Below are positions 12,154 through 22,200 of a stretch of DNA of 28,364 nucleotides, one piece after another. The notes under the pieces are model-generated. The model was given only the letters and a program-made list of their open reading frames with translations. It was not told the origin of the DNA and ran no database searches. The stretch's first letter is position 1; each line of letters begins with the position of its first letter. The position numbers and the translations under genes were made by a program. The DNA is from Psammoneis japonica (lineage: Eukaryota): assembly GCA_008632985.1 (NCBI GenBank), contig QPGO01000315.1, forward strand, positions 62,001-90,364, written 5' to 3'.

Positions 12154-13252
12154 CTAATGCCGAAACATTTCGGATCGGATTTCATCTTGATTGAGACCCT
12201 TGTCGTACACGCGGAAAGAGTCCATATATCCGCGAAAGAAGTTCCTATCTTCGGCCCTCGTCTCTCCCAAGTAGCTGCCAATGTTAAGTGGTGCATTATT
12301 GGAACAATACGGTCCTTTGGTCACGATTTCAATCTCTGAGTCCAATTCTCCATTGATATAGACCTTCAAGGAATCGCCGTCATTGGTTGCAGCAATGTGA
12401 GTCCACGACTCTGTTGGAACTGGTTTGGTACCTTTTAGCAAAGTGAGATTCTTGCGAGCACAACCGCCGAAATAGCCACCGAACCTGACAGTGCGGGACT
12501 CCTTGTTGATGGTGAGCCAAAATGCTGACGTTTTTAGAGCAATAACATATGCAAACTTAGCGTACGTGGTATCAGAGTACCGAACCCATGCCATCATGGT
12601 ATATTTATCCATCTTGAGGTTTTTGGCTTCTTGGATAACCATTTGATCATCCCTCCCGTCAAGGCTGGCTCCATACCTGGAATGACCTAAATTGGTGTAA
12701 GATAGCCTGCCTCTTCCTGGTGCAGTTGAGCCATCCCATCCATTCGCGCCCGTGTCCTTGAAGAGGGTGTTGTAAGAATCAAAGCGGTATTCGAGAATCG
12801 GTCCAACACGGCTTCAAGCCAGGGACACTGATAGATTTGGTAGTAAGCTCCACACGGTTCTTACCAACATACAAGGGGATGTCTTCAGGCGATTTGATAG
12901 TCAAACATCCACTCCCATCGTTCTTGACGACGAATTTGAAGCCATCCTTCTTTTTCTTCGCGACGTTGATGGTAAAGTTCTTGTTCAACTCAACCCCAAC
13001 GGCTTTCTTGTTGATCGCAATGTCAGATGTATCTGCCACCAGCGTGCCATCGACTGCAACAGGGAATCTGCCGCCAGCGGCTTCTAGGTACCACTCAGAG
13101 GAAAAGCACTTTCGCCAGAGAAAAACTGCCCTGTCCTTTCGTTTATTGTACGAAGGCTCACCACAAGTTGGTTCTACGTTTGCGGCAACACCATGAGCTC
13201 CGATCCAAAGCAGGGTGGAGATGGCTGCCAGGTTGCTGTAAATGATCTTCAT
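12154..13252 (-). CDS. Secreted protein with a C-terminal LamG/concanavalin-A-like domain
   Basis: Signal peptide MKIIYSNLAAISTLLWIGAHGVAA. After frame changes at about 12730-12810 it reads LEYRFD...ASLDGRDDQMVI...YTMMAWVR...WTHIAATNDGDSLKVYINGELD...LNIG...FRGYMDSFRVYDKGL, a typical Laminin_G_3 pattern. Confidence 0.85.
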
Positions 13253-14066
13253 CTTGTCTCGTGCGTTGCTCTCTTTGAATTTTGTGAGACGATTTCAAGC
13301 CAAAGCTTAGATCAACCATTGAAGAATAGAGTGAAATGACTTCGACTTTGTTTCATTGCTGCCGAACAGCAGTATAGTTTTTACTTTTGGGTTCGAGGAT
13401 CAAATGCAGGGAAAGAGGGAAAGTCATGCTTGACTGAAGCTTGTTCAAGCGTGAATGCTTGCAAACATTTATAGCCGCGCACAGTCACGTTCGTTTGTTT
13501 GGATTGCGGTGGATAGAAAACATGTCAGCTTGATCAACTTTCGCGGTTCGCGTTTGTTCTTGGCGGATCGCGGGCGGGTTCGCGGTGAAATGGTGAAATG
13601 GCTTCCCGCATGCATTGTTGCTTGAATTCTGCTTTGCTGTCAGTTTGTCTGTCACTCCACAGATGGAATGAAGAGAGTCGTCGCCTGTTTGGTTTTGTTT
13701 CTTGCATTGCTGGACCCTGTGTTCCAGTTTGGGATCAATTGCAGGGAAAGTGGGGCAATCATGCCTGAGCAAGGAGAGTGTGAGTGAGGCAATTCTTGCG
13801 AACATTGCATGTCTGCAATGCTGGCTTTGTGGCATCTTCATCTTGTTGTTTCGGCGCCGCTGGCGCGTGTTTGGGTTGGAGTGGGCTGCACAGCAGCGAA
13901 TTTGAGGAATGTGTTGGCTTTGATTGATTGGTTTTCAGCACTCACTTTTGCAATTTGAAGATCCATGGGAATTGCCATTTGCACTTTTTAAGAATGACTT
14001 CGTGCTTGGAAGGACCCCATGTCTGTCCCGCTGCCCCCCCGGTCTCCTGCTGCCATGCCGCCGGGG

Positions 14067-14387
14067 CTTGATTCGAGCTGCTCTCAAGCAGTTGACCAGA
14101 GTCATGGACACACTGAGGGCTGCTGCTCTGCCAACATGTGCATGTGTCCAGCTTTGTTCTCTGGGGGTGGCCTTCTCCATGCACTGGGGGCTGCTGTTCA
14201 TCCATGAACAGCGGCTTTGTGCATGAAAGGGAGGGCCCCTGCATCTGCTCCGCTCATCGGTCTGTCACTCAACCTTGACTCAAGCTGCTCTCTTGCAGTT
14301 GGTCAAAGTTGTGGCTGGACACATGGTGCTGCTGCTCTTCTGACTTCTGATGTGAGTGCACACCCTGCTTGTTCTCTGGGGAGTGGC
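14067..14387. repeat. Diverged direct repeat of about 105-115 bp (14067-14171 and 14274-14387)
   Basis: CTTGATTCGAGCTGCTCTCAAGCAGTTG...GCTGCTGCTCT...TTGTTCTCTGGGG versus CTTGACTCAAGCTGCTCTCTTGCAGTTG...GCTGCTGCTCT...TTGTTCTCTGGGG. Confidence 0.75.
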
Positions 14388-15481
14388 TGCACCCTGTTCT
14401 TGAGGTGCGCAAATGAGAGCAACGAGCTGGCTGAAGAGCAAAGCATGCTGCTGATCCCCCCTGAGCATCATGAGCTGAAATTCTGTGGTGAAATGCCATT
14501 GTCATCTCTCATCATTTCAATCTCACATGATGTGGCCAAGTGTGGGTCACTTTTTTGCCATGTGGTGCTCAGATTTGCTGAAGACTGGGGAGCATGATGG
14601 AAGCAAAATGACAGGGCCACAGGCCACAGGCCACAGGGAGGGTCATTTTAAGGTGTGCAGAGATGTGTTTGCACCCAATGCATTCTGGCCATGGGCAAGG
14701 CTCCATGTGGCATTGGGCTCATGCAAAATCTTGGTGTGAGCACTGCAGCACAAAGCTGCCAGCAGATGACGAAAATGTGCCAATGACCGAGACAACAGAA
14801 AAGGAGAAGTGACATTTTGTGAGCACCCCAAAACTTGTGCACACTTCAAACACATCATGCCCAGCTTGCCCCAGGGCTTTTCCTGATGGTCAGACACCAA
14901 AGAAAACATCCAGCCCATTTTTGTTCTGGCAGGAGGCGAGTGCAGAAATGAAAAGCCTTTGATGGGATTTGAAGTTTGTCACACATGGGTGCATGTGCTT
15001 TGAGGACTGTGCTCACTTCACATCATTTCATTTCACATTGCATGCATGAAGGGCCTTTTGTCCTGCTGCACGCACACTGAGTCCATTGCTCCACATGATC
15101 CACCCCAGGGGCTGTTGTTGGTGTTTTGCTGCTCTGGGAGGTCTGCAAGGATGACTGTGAAAGGAAGCAGCTGTGATCATGGTCTGCATCTTGGGGCTCA
15201 GGGAACACTTTCTCATGTTCATTCACCAATCCTCTGAAATTTGATCGGGCCACCCAACAGACACAAAATGAGAAAGGTTTGGGGGAACTGTCGTCACCTC
15301 TTGCGATGGGTTCCAGTCCTGGGTGGGACTCCGTGTGACATTGGGCCCGTGGAATTCTGCGTGCGAGCTCCGCAGCAAATTTGTGCTGCAATGAAAATGT
15401 GAATGATCGCCAACAGAAAAGGAAGCAATTTTATGAATGCATCTCCTCCTTCACACTTGGAGCACATCATTGATGGTTTGC

Positions 15482-16430
15482 CCGGGTGTGTTCTTCAGAC
15501 ATTGACGCTGCATCCACGGATTCACCAGGCAAAATTGGCAAAAGTCGGGCATGGCAAAAAGTGTGCATTTGGCCCAAATCGATCATTGAGTGCAAATGGT
15601 GGCATCTTTGGGGTCCCTTTAGTGAGCCGAACATGCGCATTTCTCATTTGACCATCACAGGTCCGTCTCATGGGGGGTGTCAAAACGTCGTGCTTTGACG
15701 CGTCTCGAGGATTAATCGTCACACACAGGGGTCACCGATCTTGTGTTTGTTGTTGTTTGTCATCCCAGACGATCACTCATTCGTCAGACATTGTCGGCAA
15801 AGAAACGTGACAACTGCGCTCAGGTGACTTTTATTTGAACATTTAGTGTGAATTGAGACCACGTCATTGATGATGTCATGAGGGTCTTTCTGGGCAGGCG
15901 TGCATCGGAGCTGCAATGCACTGCCTGACACCGGCCTTGTTTGGCGTCAAAGGCTCAACTAAAATGGCAAAAGATGATGTCAGCAACACATTTGGGAAAA
16001 TGTCCGACGTGTCTTCATGTCTCACGGATTTTATTTGTGAAAATGACAAACACTGCATTTGCGGTCAAATGTGGAAACAAAATCATTTGGACTCATCAGC
16101 AGTGCAATGCTCGCGGAAATGATGCGAAAAACAACAAACACTGGATGTGCGTGCTGCACAATTTTGATCAGATCAGTGATGCCTGCAATGTGATCAGCCA
16201 TTGAGGTCACATAAAATTGAAAATTTACACACCAAAGCACGACATTTTGACACACCCGCAAGACGACCTGTGATGGTCAGATGAGAAATGTGCATGTTTG
16301 GCTCACCAAAGGGACCCCAATGACACCATCATTTGCACTCAACCATCGATTTTGACCAAATGCACACTTTTTGCCATGCCCGAGTGTTGCCTGGTGAATC
16401 CGTGGATGCGGTGTTAAAGAATGCACCCAG
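15482..16430. mobile_element. Non-autonomous TIR (MITE-like) element: about 200-bp inverted repeats at 15482-15697 and 16233-16430
   Basis: GCATCCACGGATTCACCAGGCAA...CGGGCATGGCAAAAAGTGTGCATTTGG...GGGGTCCCTTT...TGACCATCACAGGTC occurs on + in the left arm and on - in the right arm. Outer ends are CCGGGTG and CACCCAG. No clear TSD. Confidence 0.75.
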
Positions 16431-17341
16431 CGTGTTTTCATTCTCACAAATGTTGAAAATGGAAAGCCTTTGGCTTCGCAAAACAGGGAGTGTGAAACCA
16501 TTTCGTAGAATGCAACACGTAGAAATGTGCGTGCGTGACATGCAATGCAATCCAAAAAACTGTTGATGTCACAGTGCAGCAGTGCGAGGTCCCACCCAGA
16601 GCTGGAGCGCGTCTTGTGCGCTTGCTTGCGGTTTTTTTAACTCACTGCTCTGCTTGCAAGCAACCCAAAGCACTGCCAGCTGTGGGCTTGGATGTGCCAG
16701 CGCAGCTCTTCAGACCAGAGACAGAGAGCTCAGCAGCACTCGAGAGGGTGGCAAAGCCTGGTGTCTTCTGTGGACAAAGCTTGCAACGCACAGCTGAAGA
16801 TTTGTGTCCAAGTCAAATCTCTGGTTTCTGGCTCCTGGCAAAAGTTTTGGTGCTCCTTCTGCTTTCCACCACAGCTCTTGCCAGGCTGCGGCAAACCAAA
16901 GGCTTTGATTTGAACACAAGTGCTGGGTCCAAAGTGCAGCCTGCATGGCTGGTGGAGAGCCCCAGTGCTCTCTTGGCTGCCAGCAGCCAGTGTGTTTCTT
17001 TCTTTCTGTGGGCCAACACAAGCTCACACAAGCAAAAATGATCTCCCACACCCCTCTATTTCCACTGGCTGCAGTGTCAGCTGGCTGGTGGTGCAGGTGT
17101 TGTGACACCTGGGAGACTGGCGGGCAACAGCTTTGGGTTGCCACCAAACCTGCACTGACCATCGAGTACAACGAAATGACAAGATTCCAGATTCCTTTTG
17201 ATTCACGAGTTCAATTCTGCATTCGTGACTCGTGACTCGAGTCAAAAATCAACAACCAACAACCAACAATAGAGGTACAAGGTACAACCACTGCGGCGAC
17301 AACATTTCGTAACAACAGAACAACAACAATAGCAAGACACA

Positions 17342-17911
17342 ATGGCATCATCCAGTCAACCCCCTAAATTCATCACCAAAGCAGGAGTTACCAGACTCAA
17401 TCCAGCATATCTCGAATGGAAAAAGAAGACTGGTGGCGTCGTCCCAAAAGCTGCGCCAGCAAGCGAACCACCAATAGACAAGATGCTTGTGCAAGTGACA
17501 ATTCAGCAAGGCGAAGGCTTGGTGGCCAAGGATCGTAATTTACTCGGTAAAAAGACAACGTCGGATCCATACGTGGAAATGATTTTGGTGTCGAATCGTC
17601 AAGACCGCAAACTCGGTAAAACACCCACGGTTTACAAGAATTTGTCGCCCACTTGGAATCACAAAATTCAAACGACAATTGGATATTTGGGAAACGCGAA
17701 TGCACAACTAGCCTTTCGTATTTACGACGAAGATAAATTGTCTGATCCTGACAGTATGGGTGTGGTGACGCTTCCTCTTGTTTGGAAGGAGAGTCATACC
17801 AACGAGTGGTATGAAATCCCAAAAAGTTCTGCCAAGAATGCCTCAGGAAGGATACAGATTGAAATTCAAACCCAACTTCATCGTCTCGAGAACCTTCGAC
17901 CATATGTGTGA
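17342..17911 (+). CDS. C2-domain protein
   Basis: 189-aa intact ORF with GEGLVAKDRNLLGKKTTSDPYV, GKTPTVYKNLSPTWN, FRIYDEDKLSDPDSMG and WYEI, i.e. a C2 fold with acidic Ca-binding loops. Confidence 0.92.
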   Translation: MASSSQPPKFITKAGVTRLNPAYLEWKKKTGGVVPKAAPASEPPIDKMLVQVTIQQGEGLVAKDRNLLGKKTTSDPYVEMILVSNRQDRKLGKTPTVYKNLSPTWNHKIQTTIGYLGNANAQLAFRIYDEDKLSDPDSMGVVTLPLVWKESHTNEWYEIPKSSAKNASGRIQIEIQTQLHRLENLRPYV

Positions 17912-18078
17912 AAAGGAACCGTTTCGACAAATGGGACTATTGTTAGGAAGTGGAAATAGATAGGATTAGCAACTTTTGGCTTGAGTAGTATTTTATTCTC
18001 ACGTGTGTAACTTTCTCTCTAGTAGAGATAGCTTTAGCATCACTCTACTCAATTTTAGTCTGCGCTCTACAAAGGGCT

Positions 18079-18160
18079 ACTTTGGTCACTTTGATGCGTC
18101 TCGACAACTTTCTTTCGTAAACTTTGATCACTTATGCGTCTCAACAACTTTCCTTCGTAA
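18079..18160. repeat. Tandem duplication of about 41 bp
   Basis: ACTTTGGTCACTTTGATGCGTCTCGACAACTTTCTTTCGTAA followed by ACTTTGATCACTTATGCGTCTCAACAACTTTCCTTCGTAA. Confidence 0.85.
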
Positions 18161-18269
18161 ACCTTGTCCAACCTTGAGTAACCAAATGTCTTGTGGCCGC
18201 ACCACGACAAAACCAACACTGCTAGATGAACGCCTGTGCTGCCACATCCTTGACCGCTGCGTTTTTTAT

Positions 18270-18800
18270 CCATGGGCAACAGCGCCGGGATCTTTTCTGC
18301 ATAGGTGGGGATGTCTTGAATCAAATGCAGTAAAAAAACTCCTTGCTCCACTTGTCCAAACACCACGTCTGCTGCACCCAGTTCTGGGCAAAACCTCGTG
18401 TTGCAAAATGCCAAACATTGGCAACAGATCCAATGTCCGATGCATCAAGAGTCCCTTGGTTGAATGAGAAAAATTCTTCTTTCATCCCCCCCCTTTTCAA
18501 TCCAAATCGGTGCTCCCATGATTTGTCCTGCATGGCACATCGCTGTCCCATCACCTGGACTTGTCAGCTCCAAACTGGGCAAATTCCCATCCTCCAATGA
18601 CAATTGCCCATGCAATGGCAGTGGGTTGTCATTGTCCATGGTGGGATTGCACTCAATGCTGGCATGCTTCCAAAGTTAGTCAAACAACAGTCCACCACAG
18701 AAAACCCTGTCAGTGGGAGGTGTGTCGGCACATCATCATGAGTGTGAGGTGTCCCATCTGATGTTGACATGCACGCATCCATGGCAACCTTTTGTGCAAT
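18270..18800 (-). pseudogene. Possible decayed cyclophilin-like coding relic
   Basis: Fragments in different frames (TSPGDGT, KEEFFSF...GSVAN, FCNTRFCPELGAADVVFGQVEQG...IQDIPT) occur in the order of cyclophilin motifs (GDGTG, DENF...SMAN, FITT..CPHLDGKHVVFG.V.EG). By-eye similarity only. Confidence 0.3.
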
Positions 18801-18939
18801 TTTTTTGACAAAAAATCCACAATGTTTTTTGTGTCCATCTCAGCAATTAAGAGCAGCATTTCATGTGCTGCAACTCAACCAACTGTGCATCCCCACCCGA
18901 GTCATCAGCACAGCCCACTCCAGCCCCACCAACAAGGTG

Positions 18940-19215
18940 TGACAGAAATTGAAGGCAAATGGCAAGAATTCAAACAATGACTCCTTGCTGCTGTCTAAAT
19001 GGCAGATGAGTCTCCACTCAGAGACCGTCACAGGAGCCAAAAGACGTGCAAGTCAGTGCAATCGGGCTGCTGTTGTCATTCTTGTGAGCCTTGTGGCTCG
19101 AAAGCAAACTGCATCGCGCACGAACGCGCGGAACTAAAGCACACAAAACTGTGCACGGCAAACTAAACAGCGCGCGACATTTCGCGCGCACCTGAATCCT
19201 GTTCAAATCCTGTCA
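18940..19215 (-). repeat. 3' LTR (276 bp)
   Basis: Direct repeat of 25768-26022 with TG...CA ends. Preceded on the minus strand by a short purine run (GGGAAG), a possible PPT. Confidence 0.95.
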
Positions 19216-22200
19216 CTTCCCAGTTTGCTTGAGGAGCCACAGAAACAGATTCGACTTCAGATGGAATGAAGTTCCAGAACATGAGGGGGCGGAGAAGGCC
19301 CCAGATTTGGGAGCAACCCCAATGCTTGCTGAGAATGTCAGCAGGGTTGCGGGAGCCTTCGATGAAGTGGAGCTCAAGGCAACCAGAGGCAATTGCCTCA
19401 TGCACACAGTGGAATGACAGTGCGGTGTGTCGCTTGTGTAACTTGGAGTGTGGGATGGTGGCACTGTCTACAACCGACTTGTTGTCACCGAACATGCAAC
19501 TGATGTTGTGGATCGGGACGCCAAGGCAGCGCAGGGTGATGCGCAGGTCGACAATCTGCTCGACACAAGTCCTTGTGGCAACAAATTCAGACCCGCAGGT
19601 TGCAGTCTCCATGGTGGCTTGCTTCTTGGAGAACCAATCAGCCGGGAATTTGTTGAGGAAGTGGAGCATTCCCATGACAGAGCGTCCGGTGAGCATGCAA
19701 TGACACAAGTTTGCATCGACGCAGTGGGTGGCAGTGACGAACTTGCCAAGGGGCGGTGGAGCATCCTTCGGGATCATCTCTTCTGCTTTGCCGCACACGG
19801 AATGCATCCATTCACAGGCCGGAGCAGGGAGATCCAAACAGTCGGGCTCTTCTGTGCGAACGCAGAGAGCGCCGTGTCGCATCTTGGAGAGGCACCCACA
19901 GACACGTTTGGCACGATCCAAGTGGCCTTGACGGGGCGCAGCTCGGAAGCTAGAGAGTGACATGACGGCCGTGGCAATGTCAATTCAACCAAGGGACACT
20001 GCCCATTGGAGTGAACCAACAAGAGACTGGAACTTGTGAATGCCATCGGGCCCCAGCAGTTCGGAAGTGTCCAGTTCGGGGTGGTCACCCTTCTCCAGAG
20101 GTGACAGGGCATTGGCGGCAGGTTTCTCCCCAAACAGTCGGGTGCAGCTGTTGACCATGCGCTTGATGCACTTGCGCGGAGACAGGCACAAGGTGCCATT
20201 GGGATCCCGGGAAAAGTCGCAGCCCAGATGGAACTCAATGGGTCCCGCACCCTTGAGCTTGAACTTGCACTTTTCCGTGAGAGTGTCGACGAAAGATTGA
20301 GGGTCCTTCACAGCAATGGCAAGGTCATCCACATAGACGGCAATGCACCCACAGTGGTCGCCGTTCCTGCGCATCCAAATGTTGGGTTCGGCGCGGCAGG
20401 GGAAGAAGCCTTCAGCTCGCAGGCAGTCGGCAAAGCGCTCGTGCCAGTGGAGACCGGAGCTGCGCAGTCCATGCAGGGCCTTGTGGATGACAAGGATGTG
20501 TCCTTCGAGTTTGCCAAATTTGGGTCCGGCTGCAATGTAGAGCTTCTCCTTGGTGGTGGCTTCAAGGTGGGCATTGCCAATGTTGGTGGCCCATGTCTCC
20601 AACTCGTTGAGTTCGGCCAGGAAAATCATCAGCCGAAGGCCACGGAGGGAGACTGCTCCGGAGCAGACACTGTCGATGGGTGCGTCCGTGAGGTGCCCAT
20701 CGGCTGCGAGTCGTGCCTTGTGGCGACCGTCGTGTTTCACGTTGCACACTGGGTGCACTCGGATCTTCTTGTGTCCCGCAGGAGGAGCGGAAGACTCGAA
20801 GGGCCCGCAGTCATGGAAGACTTCGTATTCCTCGAGTTGGTCCATCTCGAGATTAGTTGCGTCTCCCCATTTGCGGTTGCCGTTGCATTCGTCCAGTGAC
20901 ATGGCATGTTTGCAGTTCTGGGGAACTTCGCATCCGCACTTGCAGTGAGGTGCAGTGCGGAAGGAGCAAAGCTTGGCTTGGTTGGCCATGCGAAACAGCT
21001 TCTTCTGGCGCCTCGCGATGGTGCGGAACCGCTTCCAGCCATCAGTGTCGAGAAGTCCGTTCTCTCGTGCATGGATGGCGCAGGTGACGGGGTCTTCCTT
21101 GGCGATGATGGCAAGAGGCTCGGACGTGATCTCCCCACTTTCCCATTCAAGCACAATGTTGTAGCTTGAGCCTTTCCAGGTTGGGTCATGAGGCTTCAGA
21201 GGTCCTTCGTGTGACACGATGCGTCGAAATTTCCAAACAGCAGTGTCTTCGTCTTCTTGCTCAATGTGATTCATGATGTCGTTGCAGGCAAGGACTTCCT
21301 CGTGTTCATCGTTGTTGACAGAGCAGACGAACTTAGTGAGCTCGGGATTGCCGTTCACTTTCCATTCGTGGTCTTCAATGGCCTTGACGATGCGAGCCAT
21401 GTGGCATTGTCCGTCCTCTTGTGGCTGCATGAGGAAGGTGCGTCCGATGATGTCTTGCGGATCGAAAACTGGCATCTTGGGTGTCCTGATCTCCCCATCA
21501 GGAGAATCGACGGGGTTGTCGTCATGGCGAGATTTGATGATGGGTTCAGGTGGCTCCCCATCAGGAGGATCAAGACGCAGGTTTCGAACCGCAGGATCGG
21601 TGGTGGTGGATCATACGTTGGACCGGCCGAGGATCTTCTGAGTCTCATCAGAGAGAATCTTGAAGGTCATCTGGTGACCAACGTGCTCAGCAATGCCAAC
21701 AAAGCGTCCACGCAACTCACGGGATTCGGACAGCCAATCGGAGTCATCGAGGTGGAAGCACACGGGTTCCCACCAGTGAAAGCAAAGCAATGGGCTGATG
21801 TCTGGGGTGGAGCCAGTGAGAGTCTCAAGGGGTGTGTGCCAGTGGAGACGTGGAGACACTGCATGGTTGAGTGTGAAGCACACGCACATGAGCGCCAGCA
21901 GCCATGTGTGGGCAGGCGAACCGAAATGATCCATGACAGTGTTCGCCATGCGCTTCACGGTCTGGTGTCGACGCTCGGCAAAGTTTTGGTGTTGCTGGTG
22001 AGGCTCACTTTGCCAGCTGGAGATGAAGAGGGCTCGTAGGATCCCAAGCACCTTGTTGCTGATCTCAACTTGAGCACGGTCGCCAATGAGTTTGGATGGG
22101 GCACCACGCTCACGGATGTGATCCTCGAGTGTGTTGACAAACTCCTTGTCCGTCTTGGTGCCACAGACGTCAGTGACGGTGGACTCGGTGCCAACAAACA

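Larger units (their letters stand above)
13520..17160. mobile_element. Degenerate repeat domain A (unclassified, TpA- and CpG-depleted)
   Basis: About 17 TpA in 3.6 kb by hand count, only 2 in 13520-15430. TG/CA-rich, no intact ORF, and contains internal direct and inverted repeats. Element family not identifiable. Confidence 0.6.

Noticed and set aside
13485..17245. Numerous 60-170 aa ORFs in domain A
   Set aside because: Tyr-poor, Cys/His-rich and mutually overlapping; explained by stop-codon depletion. No transposase or RT motif could be identified.
18079..18160. CRISPR-like repeat
   Set aside because: Only two adjacent copies with no spacers, in a eukaryotic context with no cas genes.
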